A stretch of 64,000 bases of DNA from contig JAZDNM010000003.1 of the NCBI GenBank assembly GCA_043799715.1, positions 220,986-284,985 of the forward strand, given 5' to 3'. A program made the translations under genes and the position numbers. The number at the start of each line of letters is the position of its first letter. Within the stretch, counting starts at the first letter, position 1. Below are positions 28,097-37,346 of the stretch, one piece after another. Under the pieces are notes generated by a model, which was not told the origin of the DNA, did not search any database, and worked only from the letters and a program-made list of their open reading frames with translations. Source of the stretch: an archaeon (lineage in GTDB: Archaea > Nanobdellota > Nanobdellia > Pacearchaeales > DTIR01).

Positions 28097-29571
28097 TTTA
28101 TCCCCCTTAACCAGTCAATATCCTGGCTGAAAAGCTGCCTTATGTCATTTATGTTTAAGTTGAACATTGCCAGCCTGTCAATGCCAAGCCCCCAGGCAAG
28201 AACTGTAATATCTTTTCCTGTCAGGGACTTTACAACTTCCCTTCTTAAAATGCCTGCCCCGCCCAGCTCAATCCAGCCGAGCTTCTCGTGCTTTGCGTGC
28301 AGCTCAACAGAGGGCTCAGTGAACGGGAAATAATGCGGGACAAATTTTATTTCAGTTGCATTTGCAATCTCTTTTGCAAAAAGCTCAAGAACATGAAAGA
28401 GATTTCTTAATGTGAGATTTTCCTGCACTATTATCCCTTCAACCTGGTTGAATTCAGGCAGATGGCTCGCATCAACAACATCTGGGCGGTAGCATCTTGC
28501 TATTGCAAAATACTTTCCGGGAATTTTTGCCTCTGGAAGCTGCCTTGCTGAAAGCACAGTTCCCTGCGGCCTTAATATGGATTTAAGCGCATTTTCAATC
28601 TTCCACTCATATCTCCATGATGACTCGTGCTGTGCCTTCACTGCTGAAATAATTTTTTTGTCTATCTGCTCTGGCTTGAGCTTGTTTTTTACATAATATG
28701 TGCTGCTCCATTCCCTCGCCGGATGAAACTGCGGCTGGAAAAGCGCATCATAATTCCAGAACTCATTTTCAACCAAGCTGCCGTGCATCTCCTCAAATCC
28801 CATTGCCACAAGCTTGTCTCTTACATTATTGAGGAAAGAGTAATATGGCTGCCTTCTGCCTCCGTATATCCTTGGGACTCTGCTTACAATATCATATTTC
28901 CTGAATTTCTTGCCCTTCCATGTGCCTTTTCTGAGCATTTCGGGAGTCAGCTGCTCGACAAATGCGCTGCCCAGCGGCTCACTGATTATTTTCCTGCCTG
29001 CTTCTGTAATCTTGAATGAAACTGCCCTCTGTTCCTCTATTCTTGCAATATCCTTCCTGTTTTTCAGCTGTTCATAGCAATACTTCTGCTCTGCTGTCAT
29101 GGAATCCGCTTCCAATGGCATCTGCCCGAGAAAAACCTCTTCAGGCATTCTTCTTGAAACATTTTCTTTTGTGCCCTGCAGCAGCATTCTTCTATTCTCA
29201 ACATTTAGCAGTGCTTTTTTCTTTAATGCGCCCAAGGCTGCCTTGAACTCATTTTCGCTCAAGCCTGATTTTTTTCTCGCATCGTCAAGCGTGAATGATA
29301 CTGTTTCAGAAAAGACATTAAGCAATTTTCTCTCAGGAAGCCCCTCTTTCAGATAGATTATTCCGTTTGAGCCGAGAATTACATTCTTCTTGTTATGATA
29401 AGAAATCTCAACAATTTTCTTGTTGCTCAGAAATTCCAATGCCCTTAAAACAGTTGTCATGTCTGTTTTGGATTTTTCCGCAAGCTCTTCTGCGCTTTTG
29501 CATTCAAGAAAAGGCAGAATCTTCCTTTCTATAGGGCTTAAGCTGCTTACTATGCTTTCGTGCTGGCTCAT
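28093..29571 (-). CDS. pheS: Phenylalanyl-tRNA synthetase alpha subunit
   Basis: FWNYDALFQPQ.HPAR, H.PEFNQVEG, YFPFTEPS, AWGLGIDRL. Confidence 0.97.
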   Translation of the reverse strand: MSQHESIVSSLSPIERKILPFLECKSAEELAEKSKTDMTTVLRALEFLSNKKIVEISYHNKKNVILGSNGIIYLKEGLPERKLLNVFSETVSFTLDDARKKSGLSENEFKAALGALKKKALLNVENRRMLLQGTKENVSRRMPEEVFLGQMPLEADSMTAEQKYCYEQLKNRKDIARIEEQRAVSFKITEAGRKIISEPLGSAFVEQLTPEMLRKGTWKGKKFRKYDIVSRVPRIYGGRRQPYYSFLNNVRDKLVAMGFEEMHGSLVENEFWNYDALFQPQFHPAREWSSTYYVKNKLKPEQIDKKIISAVKAQHESSWRYEWKIENALKSILRPQGTVLSARQLPEAKIPGKYFAIARCYRPDVVDASHLPEFNQVEGIIVQENLTLRNLFHVLELFAKEIANATEIKFVPHYFPFTEPSVELHAKHEKLGWIELGGAGILRREVVKSLTGKDITVLAWGLGIDRLAMFNLNINDIRQLFSQDIDWLRGIK

Positions 29572-29629
29572 GCGACAGAAAAAGAAGAAGGATTTTAAAA
29601 ACCTTTCCTGAGAATTTTTAAGAAGAAAT

Positions 29630-30049
29630 TCAATAACTGCCTTTCATTCCTTCTCTAAAATGAGAAACTTCTGATTGGGAATGCGCTGAATGTGGAGTGT
29701 ACTTCCTTTCGATATTCTGCAGTTTCTTTCTGCGTTCAGATGCCTCGCCGTCTTCAGCATCAAGATGTTCATAATGCTCCATCAGAATTGATGCATCATG
29801 AATCCAATGAGTCCCTGACAGATTGTATGCCCCTGAGCATATTCCCTCAAGAAACTCGAGAACTTCATCAGTGGCATCATGTGCATAGCCGTAATGCCTG
29901 ATTGCAGGAATAGATTCAATAAAAACCTCTTTTTTGTCCTGCTCAATCTCTGCCTTTCTGACTTTTAAAGAAGCCTGATTGATTATATCCTCGAGATATC
30001 GCTTGTTTGTGGATGCCTTGAGCATTTCTTTCATATTATCCTTATTCAT
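29630..30049 (-). CDS. Hypothetical protein
   Basis: 139 aa, translationally coupled in the trmB operon. Confidence 0.6.
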   Translation of the reverse strand: MNKDNMKEMLKASTNKRYLEDIINQASLKVRKAEIEQDKKEVFIESIPAIRHYGYAHDATDEVLEFLEGICSGAYNLSGTHWIHDASILMEHYEHLDAEDGEASERRKKLQNIERKYTPHSAHSQSEVSHFREGMKGSY

Positions 30050-30264
30050 TTTAGATATTTCCCAAAATAGTCATAAAGATTGCTCATAAGCCCCAATGCA
30101 AGGGGGATATTGCCAATATTTGCATATTCCATAACTGAATTAAGAGTTCCGTTTATAACAGCGAGTGTTTCTCCAGGCAGATTAGGCCTATTCTCTTTAA
30201 GTTTCTTGTCTGCCTGTTTAATCATGCCTTCAAGCTGCCTGTAGCTTCTTTTTAATTGGTTCAT
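30046..30264 (-). CDS. Hypothetical protein
   Basis: Coupled small ORF. Confidence 0.55.
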   Translation of the reverse strand: MNQLKRSYRQLEGMIKQADKKLKENRPNLPGETLAVINGTLNSVMEYANIGNIPLALGLMSNLYDYFGKYLK

Positions 30265-30272
30265 TTTCAAGT

Positions 30273-30485
30273 TTAATTTTCATTGAATATGAATGATTCA
30301 AGCAGTGACGGAAGCTCTGGCTCATAACCGGGCTGTTTTTCAAATTTCCTGTAATTATCGATTACTATCCTTGCCTTGTCAAGATTGCGGTTTAGCAATT
30401 CCGGATTTTTCATCCAGATATCGAACAATTCCCGTGCTTCGCTTCTTGCTACGTTCATATAGGATGTTTCGGTATTTGTGCTCAT
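30273..30485 (-). CDS. Hypothetical protein
   Basis: GGAG RBS, ATG at 30485. Confidence 0.55.
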   Translation of the reverse strand: MSTNTETSYMNVARSEARELFDIWMKNPELLNRNLDKARIVIDNYRKFEKQPGYEPELPSLLESFIFNEN

Positions 30486-30503
30486 TTTATTTTTCTCCCC
30501 CAA

Positions 30504-31289
30504 TTATGGCTTCTGCCATGCCATGTCAAACAACGATTTCAATGCAGCAGCAAAAAACTCCGAGTTTATCCATATGCCCAAGTCCTCTTCCTTCTCATCT
30601 GCCTTGTCTGTAAGCATGAACATTATTGACTTCCCGTCAATTATGCAGAACCTTGCATTCAGGCTCATGTTCCTGACTTCTGTGCCCAATTCCTTTGAAA
30701 GCTGCTTTGTTTTCTCTGCATCAGCATTTGCCGCTATCTTTATCTTTATGCCGTGCTTTGCAAGTTTTGTGCATATCGGCTTAAGCACTTTCATTTCATC
30801 CTGCAGGGACTTATCTGTTGTTACGAGAATGATTTCTTCTTTTGCATTTTCAAGCATCTCAGCAAGCTGGGAGTATATATTGCTCCTGCCTTTTAATGCT
30901 CCTGACAAATCTGTTGACTTCACAGGAGTAATGCCCTGCTTGTGCAGAACCTCAAGCTCATCATATTCAGAAGTGCCCTTTAGGTTTGAAAGTGTCTTTG
31001 CCCTTTCCTCTGCCTCGGTCATTGTGTTTCTCTTGAGTTTTTCAAGGACTGTATCGGGCTTCACAGCAATATACTTGACTGGCTTTCCGATTTTCTCTAT
31101 TGCAAAGCCCTGCTTTTCCAGGCTTTCGAGAACATCATATGTCCTGCTTCTTGGAACTCCTGACATTTCTGCAATCTCGCCTGCTGAACTGACTCCTTTT
31201 GCAAGCAGTGCAAGCCATACCTTTGCCTCATAAATGTTCAAGCCGAAGCTGCTTCTTATTTTCTTTAGAAGTTCTGGTTTTAGTATCAT
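30504..31289 (-). CDS. TrmB family transcriptional regulator
   Basis: FGLNIYEAKVW.ALL, SGVPRSRTYDVL.SL wHTH, RFCIIDG. Confidence 0.93.
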   Translation of the reverse strand: MILKPELLKKIRSSFGLNIYEAKVWLALLAKGVSSAGEIAEMSGVPRSRTYDVLESLEKQGFAIEKIGKPVKYIAVKPDTVLEKLKRNTMTEAEERAKTLSNLKGTSEYDELEVLHKQGITPVKSTDLSGALKGRSNIYSQLAEMLENAKEEIILVTTDKSLQDEMKVLKPICTKLAKHGIKIKIAANADAEKTKQLSKELGTEVRNMSLNARFCIIDGKSIMFMLTDKADEKEEDLGIWINSEFFAAALKSLFDMAWQKP

Positions 31290-31617
31290 TTTATTTCTCC
31301 GCTATTCTTATACTCTATTTTCAAATCATATTCTTTAAGTTGAAGATTTCCTTTCTCATCCCTTAAAAGCAGGTAATTTTCTTTCTTTTCCTTGTCAAAT
31401 AAGATTGTTTCTTCCTGTCTGTTAGAATCCAAATCTTTAACCTTGAATTCCAAATTTTGAGGATTAGCATATTTTAAATTTTTGTTCCCAGGGTGCAGGG
31501 GAGTGCCATTGTTAACCTTAGAATACCAGTAAATCCCGTTCATCAGGATTAAACCTATAACCAGAATATCTCTTGTGTCAATTACCCCGTTATTATTCTT
31601 TATCATTTTATTTCTCC
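31284..31617. repeat. 17-bp direct repeat TATCATTTTATTTCTCC (31284-31300 and 31601-31617) flanking an AT-rich ORFan
   Basis: Exact repeat; reads GGAGAAATAAAATGATA (RBS + start) on the minus strand. Confidence 0.9.
31286..31606 (-). CDS. Hypothetical single-TM protein (AT-rich)
   Basis: ATG at 31606 after GGAG; one TM. Confidence 0.65.
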   Translation of the reverse strand: MIKNNNGVIDTRDILVIGLILMNGIYWYSKVNNGTPLHPGNKNLKYANPQNLEFKVKDLDSNRQEETILFDKEKKENYLLLRDEKGNLQLKEYDLKIEYKNSGEIK

Positions 31618-31862
31618 TTTGATATGTTTTTGTCGCATTCTGTATAGCAGAAATGAATGCTGTCAATTTTGTCATTGCCAACAAAACCGTATGTCTGCAA
31701 TTTTATGTATTCTTTCTTGAGCTCCAGCTGCTTTTTTTCAAGCTCTGCTTTCTTTTTTGAATCCTCTTCCAATACAGGCAGGAGCCATGAGCTCTCTTCC
31801 TGCAGTTTTGTGCATTCTGTGCATATTTTTTCAAGATTATTTTTTATATCCTGCTCATTCAT
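31608..31862 (-). CDS. Small coiled-coil hypothetical protein with two CxxC motifs
   Basis: CTEC and CYTEC; GGAG RBS. Confidence 0.6.
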   Translation of the reverse strand: MNEQDIKNNLEKICTECTKLQEESSWLLPVLEEDSKKKAELEKKQLELKKEYIKLQTYGFVGNDKIDSIHFCYTECDKNISKEK

Positions 31863-32385
31863 TTTTTGTTTCTCCTTGTTCTTTACCATAAATTTCAGTG
31901 CCGCATGTCTTGCAAATCTGCCCTGCTCCCTCGACATAATTTTCCCTCTCATCTACATGGGTGCTTTTTTTGTAAGGGGTAAGTGAACCGCAGTTGACAC
32001 ATTGGTCATATTCCTTTATTTCCTTGTTGAATCTTGCTATGGAATATGGCTTGCCTTTTGCTTCAAGCATAAGCATATCTTTGTCGTTGTGTCCGTCAAG
32101 AATTGTTATATAGATTGCATTTTTCTCGCCAACTATGGCTCTTGAAAGCTGGTATCCTGGCATGGGGAATACAGAATCCCCGCTGTCCTTTATGCTGTCT
32201 GAAATCCTGCTAAGAATAATTTCTGAATTGATTAGGTTTTCAACGCTGTATTTTCCCACAGGGACGGGCGCTGAGATAATAGCATCCTTGACGCCTTCAA
32301 AGCATACTGCCTCAAGCAGCTTTTTTCCGTTAAATCCTATTGTGTGCATTTTGCTCCTAAATTTGTTATTATTTAGCAGTGACAT
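31855..32385 (-). CDS. Hypothetical protein with a C-terminal Zn finger
   Basis: CVNCG...YVEGAGQICKTC. Confidence 0.65.
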   Translation of the reverse strand: MSLLNNNKFRSKMHTIGFNGKKLLEAVCFEGVKDAIISAPVPVGKYSVENLINSEIILSRISDSIKDSGDSVFPMPGYQLSRAIVGEKNAIYITILDGHNDKDMLMLEAKGKPYSIARFNKEIKEYDQCVNCGSLTPYKKSTHVDERENYVEGAGQICKTCGTEIYGKEQGETKNE

Positions 32386-32463
32386 TCATTTATAAATCTT
32401 TTGGTTATGTAGTCCTAAACAGTGGTAACTAATCCTCAAAAATCCCAATTAAGAAAACTCTGG

Positions 32464-33579
32464 TTATTCTTTCATGATAAACTTGGAAATCTGCTTTCTT
32501 GCCTCTTCTCTTTTTTTCTGATGAGATTTTAAAAACTTGTTTATTGACTCGGCAAGCTTCATTTTGCACTCCCCGCAGGATGTCTGCCCTGTTTTGCATG
32601 CATGGAATTTTTCCTGCATTTTCTTGTCATCCTGCTCAAAGAAATATAGCATATAGTGGTAAATAGTGCATTTCTCAGGCATTCCGCCAAGTTTCTTCTG
32701 CTTTTCTATTGTCTCCCTGCCTCCTGTAAAAGCCCTTCTGACTTTTTCTATAACTTCTTTTTCTGTATCAGTTGTGAATATTGCTGTTTCTGGCTGTGAT
32801 GCTGACATTTTTCCTGATTCGCCCAATCCAGGGGCAAACTTGCAGTGCAGCAGCGCTGGCTTGCTGAAGCCAAGCTTTGGAGCAATGTCCCTTGTTATCC
32901 TGAAATGAGGGTCCTGGTCTATTCCTAATGGTATAAGGCACGGCTTGTTCTCAAGAAAGCACGGAGCTGACTGCATGCTTGTAAAAAAACTCATGCCGAC
33001 ATTTGTCGAATTGTTAAACCCAAACACTGCCTTGACTGTTGAGAATGTAATCTTCTTTGCAATTTTCAAGGCAAGGGGATAGAGCTTTTTTATGTTCTCT
33101 GTGTCAATGATTATTTTTGTAAGCTCTGGCTTGAAGCCAAGGGCAATGACATCAAGTGCATTCTCATACGCGAACTTTTTTGTCTCTTCAAGCGTCAGTT
33201 TCTGGCTTGTGAGGAACTTCTCGTCATCAGTCATCTGGAAATACAGCTTTGCCTTGAACTTGTCCTGAAGCCATTTTGCCAGCATCCACGGCATCAGATG
33301 CCCGAGATGGACATTCCCTGAAGGCCCCCTGCCCGTGTACATGAAAAACTTGTTACCTTTTTCATATTCAGAAAGAAGCCAGGACATATCCCTGTGCGAG
33401 AAAAAAATCTTTCTTCTCAGCAAGTAATGCAGCTCTCCTGTATGCTTTTTTATTCTTGCGAGAATATCGTCTGTAAGGCGCTCTGTGCCGAATTCCTCTA
33501 TGAGCTTTGCATAGTCCTCTTCCTCTATGTTCCCCTCAATTTTCCACGGCGTTACAATAAACTTCTTTTCCTTCTGCAT
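32464..33579 (-). CDS. trpS: Tryptophanyl-tRNA synthetase
   Basis: VTPW, YTGRGPS..HLGH, DQDPHFR, KMSAS. Confidence 0.97.
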   Translation of the reverse strand: MQKEKKFIVTPWKIEGNIEEEDYAKLIEEFGTERLTDDILARIKKHTGELHYLLRRKIFFSHRDMSWLLSEYEKGNKFFMYTGRGPSGNVHLGHLMPWMLAKWLQDKFKAKLYFQMTDDEKFLTSQKLTLEETKKFAYENALDVIALGFKPELTKIIIDTENIKKLYPLALKIAKKITFSTVKAVFGFNNSTNVGMSFFTSMQSAPCFLENKPCLIPLGIDQDPHFRITRDIAPKLGFSKPALLHCKFAPGLGESGKMSASQPETAIFTTDTEKEVIEKVRRAFTGGRETIEKQKKLGGMPEKCTIYHYMLYFFEQDDKKMQEKFHACKTGQTSCGECKMKLAESINKFLKSHQKKREEARKQISKFIMKE

Positions 33580-33666
33580 TTTTGCTCTTGTTTTACCTCT
33601 TCGAAAAGCCGAAAAACTTTATAAAGGTTTTTATCCAATCTAGTAGAAAGAAGTGAGAAAAAACCA

Positions 33667-34614
33667 ATGAAGCATAACCTCAAGATAACAGCATTGCTGC
33701 TTGCAATGTTTCTTTTTACGCAGCTTCTCGGGCTTGCTGTTATAAACGCATATTCCCCAAGAATTGAGAAGGTATTTGTCAATGGAACTGTCCAGAATGT
33801 AACTGTCCAGACAGAAATTCCTTATGGAATGCAGCCGCCTGAAATGCAGCCATGGGAGGCATTGCAGTCAATAGGGGTAAGCATAATTCTGGCGGTGATT
33901 ATCATGTTCTTCCTTATGAAGAAAAGAGCTGATTTATTACTGAGAGTCTGGCTTTTCTCTGTTGTTGTTATTTCCATAGCCATAGCATTTAATGCTGGCT
34001 TCATGAAGCTGAGTTTCCTTTCAGGAACGCAGATGCTCGCTTTTGTCCTTGCTTTTCCTCTTGCATTTTACAAGATATTCCAGAGAAACATAATAATCCA
34101 CAATGCAACTGAGCTCCTAATTTATCCGGGAATTGCTGTTATCTTTGTGCCGATACTCAATGTGTGGGCAGCAGCAGCGCTTCTTGCCCTTATAGCGGTA
34201 TATGATGTTTATGCTGTATGGCATTCAGGGTTCATGCAGAAGCTTGCAAAATTCCAGATGAATCAGCTCAAGGTTTTCACTGGATTTTTTGTGCCTTATG
34301 TTGCGAAAAAAGACAGGATAATAATAGAAAGAATGAAGTCCCTGCCCCAGAAAGAAAAGATGCAAAAGTTCAAAAAACTCAAGATAAAAGTAAATCTTGC
34401 GATTCTTGGGGGAGGGGACATAACCTTTCCTTTAATATTCGCAGGGGTTATATTGAGAACAAGCGGGTTATTGCATGCAATAATTGTGCCCCTTGCCGCA
34501 ACCCTCGCTCTGCTTCTTTTGTTTGCTGTTGCGAAGAAAGGCAAGTTTTATCCTGCAATGCTTTTTTTAAGCCCGGCATGCATTCTCGCTTGGCTGATTG
34601 GGATGCTGTTTTAG
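33667..34614 (+). CDS. Presenilin/SPP-family intramembrane aspartyl protease
   Basis: AVYDVYAVW, LGGGD, YPAM motifs; multiple TMs. Confidence 0.9.
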   Translation: MKHNLKITALLLAMFLFTQLLGLAVINAYSPRIEKVFVNGTVQNVTVQTEIPYGMQPPEMQPWEALQSIGVSIILAVIIMFFLMKKRADLLLRVWLFSVVVISIAIAFNAGFMKLSFLSGTQMLAFVLAFPLAFYKIFQRNIIIHNATELLIYPGIAVIFVPILNVWAAAALLALIAVYDVYAVWHSGFMQKLAKFQMNQLKVFTGFFVPYVAKKDRIIIERMKSLPQKEKMQKFKKLKIKVNLAILGGGDITFPLIFAGVILRTSGLLHAIIVPLAATLALLLLFAVAKKGKFYPAMLFLSPACILAWLIGMLF

Positions 34615-34618
34615 ATTT

Positions 34619-35089
34619 TTAATATAAAATTCCTATAAGAATTGAGCTGATTTGCTCAAATCGGATTTTTCCGTCTGGTGAGGCTGAATTGTCGCCTTTT
34701 GTTATGGCGTACCATCCCCTGCTGTCCTCTCCTGTTTCAATCACTCTATGAACAACAAGAACGCTGCCCTGCTCAAATGTGATTATGTCTCCTTTATGGA
34801 CTTGTTCTGGATGGCTTGGAGCAATCTCTATGCCTGTTGAATTTTCGTTTATCACAGGCACCATGCTGCTTGTGTTTGCGAATCTCCCTATTATTGCGTT
34901 TTCTATGCTGAGGATAATCTGGCTGCTGCTTATTCTGATGCTGCTCTCATTTATCCTGTCATAAGGCGCAGAAGTGATGTTATCAATGCCTGTTCCAAGT
35001 GTGGCAAAAGGATTTCTGAATGGCAGGAAATAAAAAACTGAGATTATCGCTGCCGCGACTGCAAGAATAAATAACACCCTTGGCTGCAT
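34619..35089 (-). CDS. Signal peptidase I (S26, archaeal Ser/His type)
   Basis: N-terminal TM, SSMVP, GDII, VHRV, TKGDN; start reassigned to 35089. Confidence 0.85.
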   Translation of the reverse strand: MQPRVLFILAVAAAIISVFYFLPFRNPFATLGTGIDNITSAPYDRINESSIRISSSQIILSIENAIIGRFANTSSMVPVINENSTGIEIAPSHPEQVHKGDIITFEQGSVLVVHRVIETGEDSRGWYAITKGDNSASPDGKIRFEQISSILIGILY

Positions 35090-35213
35090 TTTCCTCTTTT
35101 GATGCAATTCCAGAGTGGCTTCAACTTTAAAAATATTTATATTCACAGGAAAGAATGTTTCACTTGTTATTCCCTTAGGCAACTTATTTAAACTTTTAAT
35201 TATAGATAATCCA

Positions 35214-37322
35214 ATGCCACAAAAGCTGTCTGCAGGAAGAAATGCCATGGCATATGAACTGCTGGTTCTGGTTGGGGGAGTGCTGGTTCTGCTTCTTTTT
35301 TTAATGTATTTCAAAACAGAGACAACAGGGCATGTTGTTGTTTCCAAGATTTCAGGGCAGTACTATGCCTTGCAGGTTATAAGCGGAATAATTGATTTGG
35401 ATATTGAGGAGGGGGAATTCCTGCCTGCGCAGTCTGTTCTGAAGGCAGGGGTAGCGGGTAATGAGAACAGTTTTACATTGGAGCAATTGATGATATCATC
35501 AGGGGCAGGCATTGAGAAGAAACAGGGAAATTTTTCTGTTAATGATGTTGATATAACAGGGCAGGGTGAGGGCTATGGGATTGCAGGCGGGGCGACAATT
35601 TCATTAAATTTGTCTGACTTCAATCTGCAAGTTGAAGAGGCAGGCAAGTATAATCTGATTATATCTCTTGAATACAACGAAATAGTGCTCTTAACTGAAC
35701 AAAAGAAGATAAATGTCAAGTCATGTTCTCCTGATTGGAAACAGCACAACACAAGCTGCATGGAAAATGATGCCATAACAGGTTATTACAGGGACAGAAA
35801 AGAATGCTATGAGAAAACAGGAAAAGATTCCTATCTTCTTGAAAAGCCTGAGAATATCACTTTTTCATGCGATTACTGCACGCCGAACTGGAAGCCAAAA
35901 AATGAGTCGTGCACTGAAAATGAGACAAGAACTGTTTATTATGCTGACTCAAGAAAATGCTATGAGAAAACAGGGCTGATGTCTGACTTGGCTGGAATGC
36001 CTGAAAATGAAACAGCAGATTGTGATTTTTGCAGGCAGAATATAACCCAATATGCCACTTCCTGCGATGTTAACGACAGCTTCACTGTTTATTACAGGGA
36101 TGCAAAAAGATGCTATGAGAAAACAGGGCTGGAAGAGGATAAAGTGCCAGAAAATGAGACAATGGCTTGCGATTACTGCACGCCGAACTGGGTTGCTGTG
36201 AATACATCATGCTTGTCTGGAGATAAAATTGTTGAATGGTACAATGATTCTGAAGGATGCTTTGGCAAAACTCACTTAAGCTCTGAACTGCTTGGAAGGG
36301 CTGATAACAGAACATATTATTTTGCATGCTCTTATTACAATAATAATCTTATAGGGGATATTTCTGACATCAGCACAAGCATAGAAAATTTGAGCATGAC
36401 TCTTTCAAGCTCTGCTGACCTGACTCAGCCGCTCAGGGACTTGCTTCCTGTTTCAATAAAGGAAAACGGCTCTGAACTGCTTGAGTTCAATTTTAATTTT
36501 TCTGCAGGAGAGCTTAATCTTGCGGATTTGACAATACAAAAGCAGGATGAGAATGCAACTCTGGGATTTATTGCTGTCAACGGCATTGATATTGCCGCGC
36601 AGAATGAAACAAAAACAGTATGGGTTGACAGGATTGGCAGCGGGGCAGGCATATGCATAAAAGATGAGGAGAATGCGAATGCTATGGATATTACTGCGGC
36701 ATGCAGCGCAACAAATGAGATTTTTGTAAAATGCCCTGGCTCTTTTGCAGGATATGCCTGCGAGTTTGATGCTGTGATGAAAAAATACAAAGTTTCTGAC
36801 TTGAGGCATTCAGCTGTTATTGAGCAGGAAGCGTTCTGCGGGGATTCTGCCTGCAATGGCGCTGAATCATGCAGTTCCTGTTCAACTGACTGCGGCGAAT
36901 GCCCTGCAGCTGCTGCTGAAACATCTGCGCAGTCCTCTGGCGGGGGGGGCAGCGGAGGAAGCTGCACGCCAAAATGGGAGTGCTCTGAATGGAATGTTTG
37001 TTCAAATGGAAAGCAGACAAGAACATGCACAAATCTGAAATCTTACTGCCCTGTGAGCAAGCCTGCAGAGCAGCAGGATTGTGAAATGCCGTCTGTTCCT
37101 GAAACAGAAAATAAAGAGATAAAAGAAACTGCCAGTAATGAAACAGTATCAAAACAATATGAAAAGATTCAGCCAAAACTCGGAATGCTTGGTGGAGTAA
37201 TAGGAGTTGTCACTGCAATGCCTTTTGAATTTAGGATAGGAATAGCCGCGACACTTCTTTCATTTGTGCTTGTGCTGATAACGCTAATAGCTTTCCTTGC
37301 AATTATCAGAAAAAAGAAATAA
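35214..37322 (+). CDS. Cys-rich repeat surface protein with N- and C-terminal TMs
   Basis: Four ~50-aa Cys repeats, CGD..C.GAE.C..C..DC, GGGGSGGS, CTPKWECSEWNVC, TM and RKKK tail. Confidence 0.8.
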   Translation: MPQKLSAGRNAMAYELLVLVGGVLVLLLFLMYFKTETTGHVVVSKISGQYYALQVISGIIDLDIEEGEFLPAQSVLKAGVAGNENSFTLEQLMISSGAGIEKKQGNFSVNDVDITGQGEGYGIAGGATISLNLSDFNLQVEEAGKYNLIISLEYNEIVLLTEQKKINVKSCSPDWKQHNTSCMENDAITGYYRDRKECYEKTGKDSYLLEKPENITFSCDYCTPNWKPKNESCTENETRTVYYADSRKCYEKTGLMSDLAGMPENETADCDFCRQNITQYATSCDVNDSFTVYYRDAKRCYEKTGLEEDKVPENETMACDYCTPNWVAVNTSCLSGDKIVEWYNDSEGCFGKTHLSSELLGRADNRTYYFACSYYNNNLIGDISDISTSIENLSMTLSSSADLTQPLRDLLPVSIKENGSELLEFNFNFSAGELNLADLTIQKQDENATLGFIAVNGIDIAAQNETKTVWVDRIGSGAGICIKDEENANAMDITAACSATNEIFVKCPGSFAGYACEFDAVMKKYKVSDLRHSAVIEQEAFCGDSACNGAESCSSCSTDCGECPAAAAETSAQSSGGGGSGGSCTPKWECSEWNVCSNGKQTRTCTNLKSYCPVSKPAEQQDCEMPSVPETENKEIKETASNETVSKQYEKIQPKLGMLGGVIGVVTAMPFEFRIGIAATLLSFVLVLITLIAFLAIIRKKK
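35722..36335 (+). repeat. Four intragenic ~150-bp degenerate repeats (C.P.W...N.SC...D....YY.D...CYEKTG...PEN....CD)
   Basis: TGCTATGAGAAAACAGG at 35805, 35958 and 36111; TGCGATTACTGCACGCCGAACTGG twice. Confidence 0.85.
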
Positions 37323-37346
37323 AAATAATTAAATTTCAAATTTTGA

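Noticed and set aside
30478..31233. 251-aa plus-strand ORF and many similar Ser/Phe-rich antisense ORFs
   Set aside because: Shadows of recognisable genes on the opposite strand (trmB, ftsZ, rad50, lysS, rpl31e).
35214..35310. Class III (prepilin) signal peptide in the Cys-repeat protein
   Set aside because: RNA|MAYE does not match the [KR][GA] cleavage consensus and the Glu is not at +5.
35722..36335. CRISPR-like or DGR-like repeats
   Set aside because: The repeats are in-frame coding repeats with ~150-bp spacing; no cas or reverse transcriptase gene in the window.
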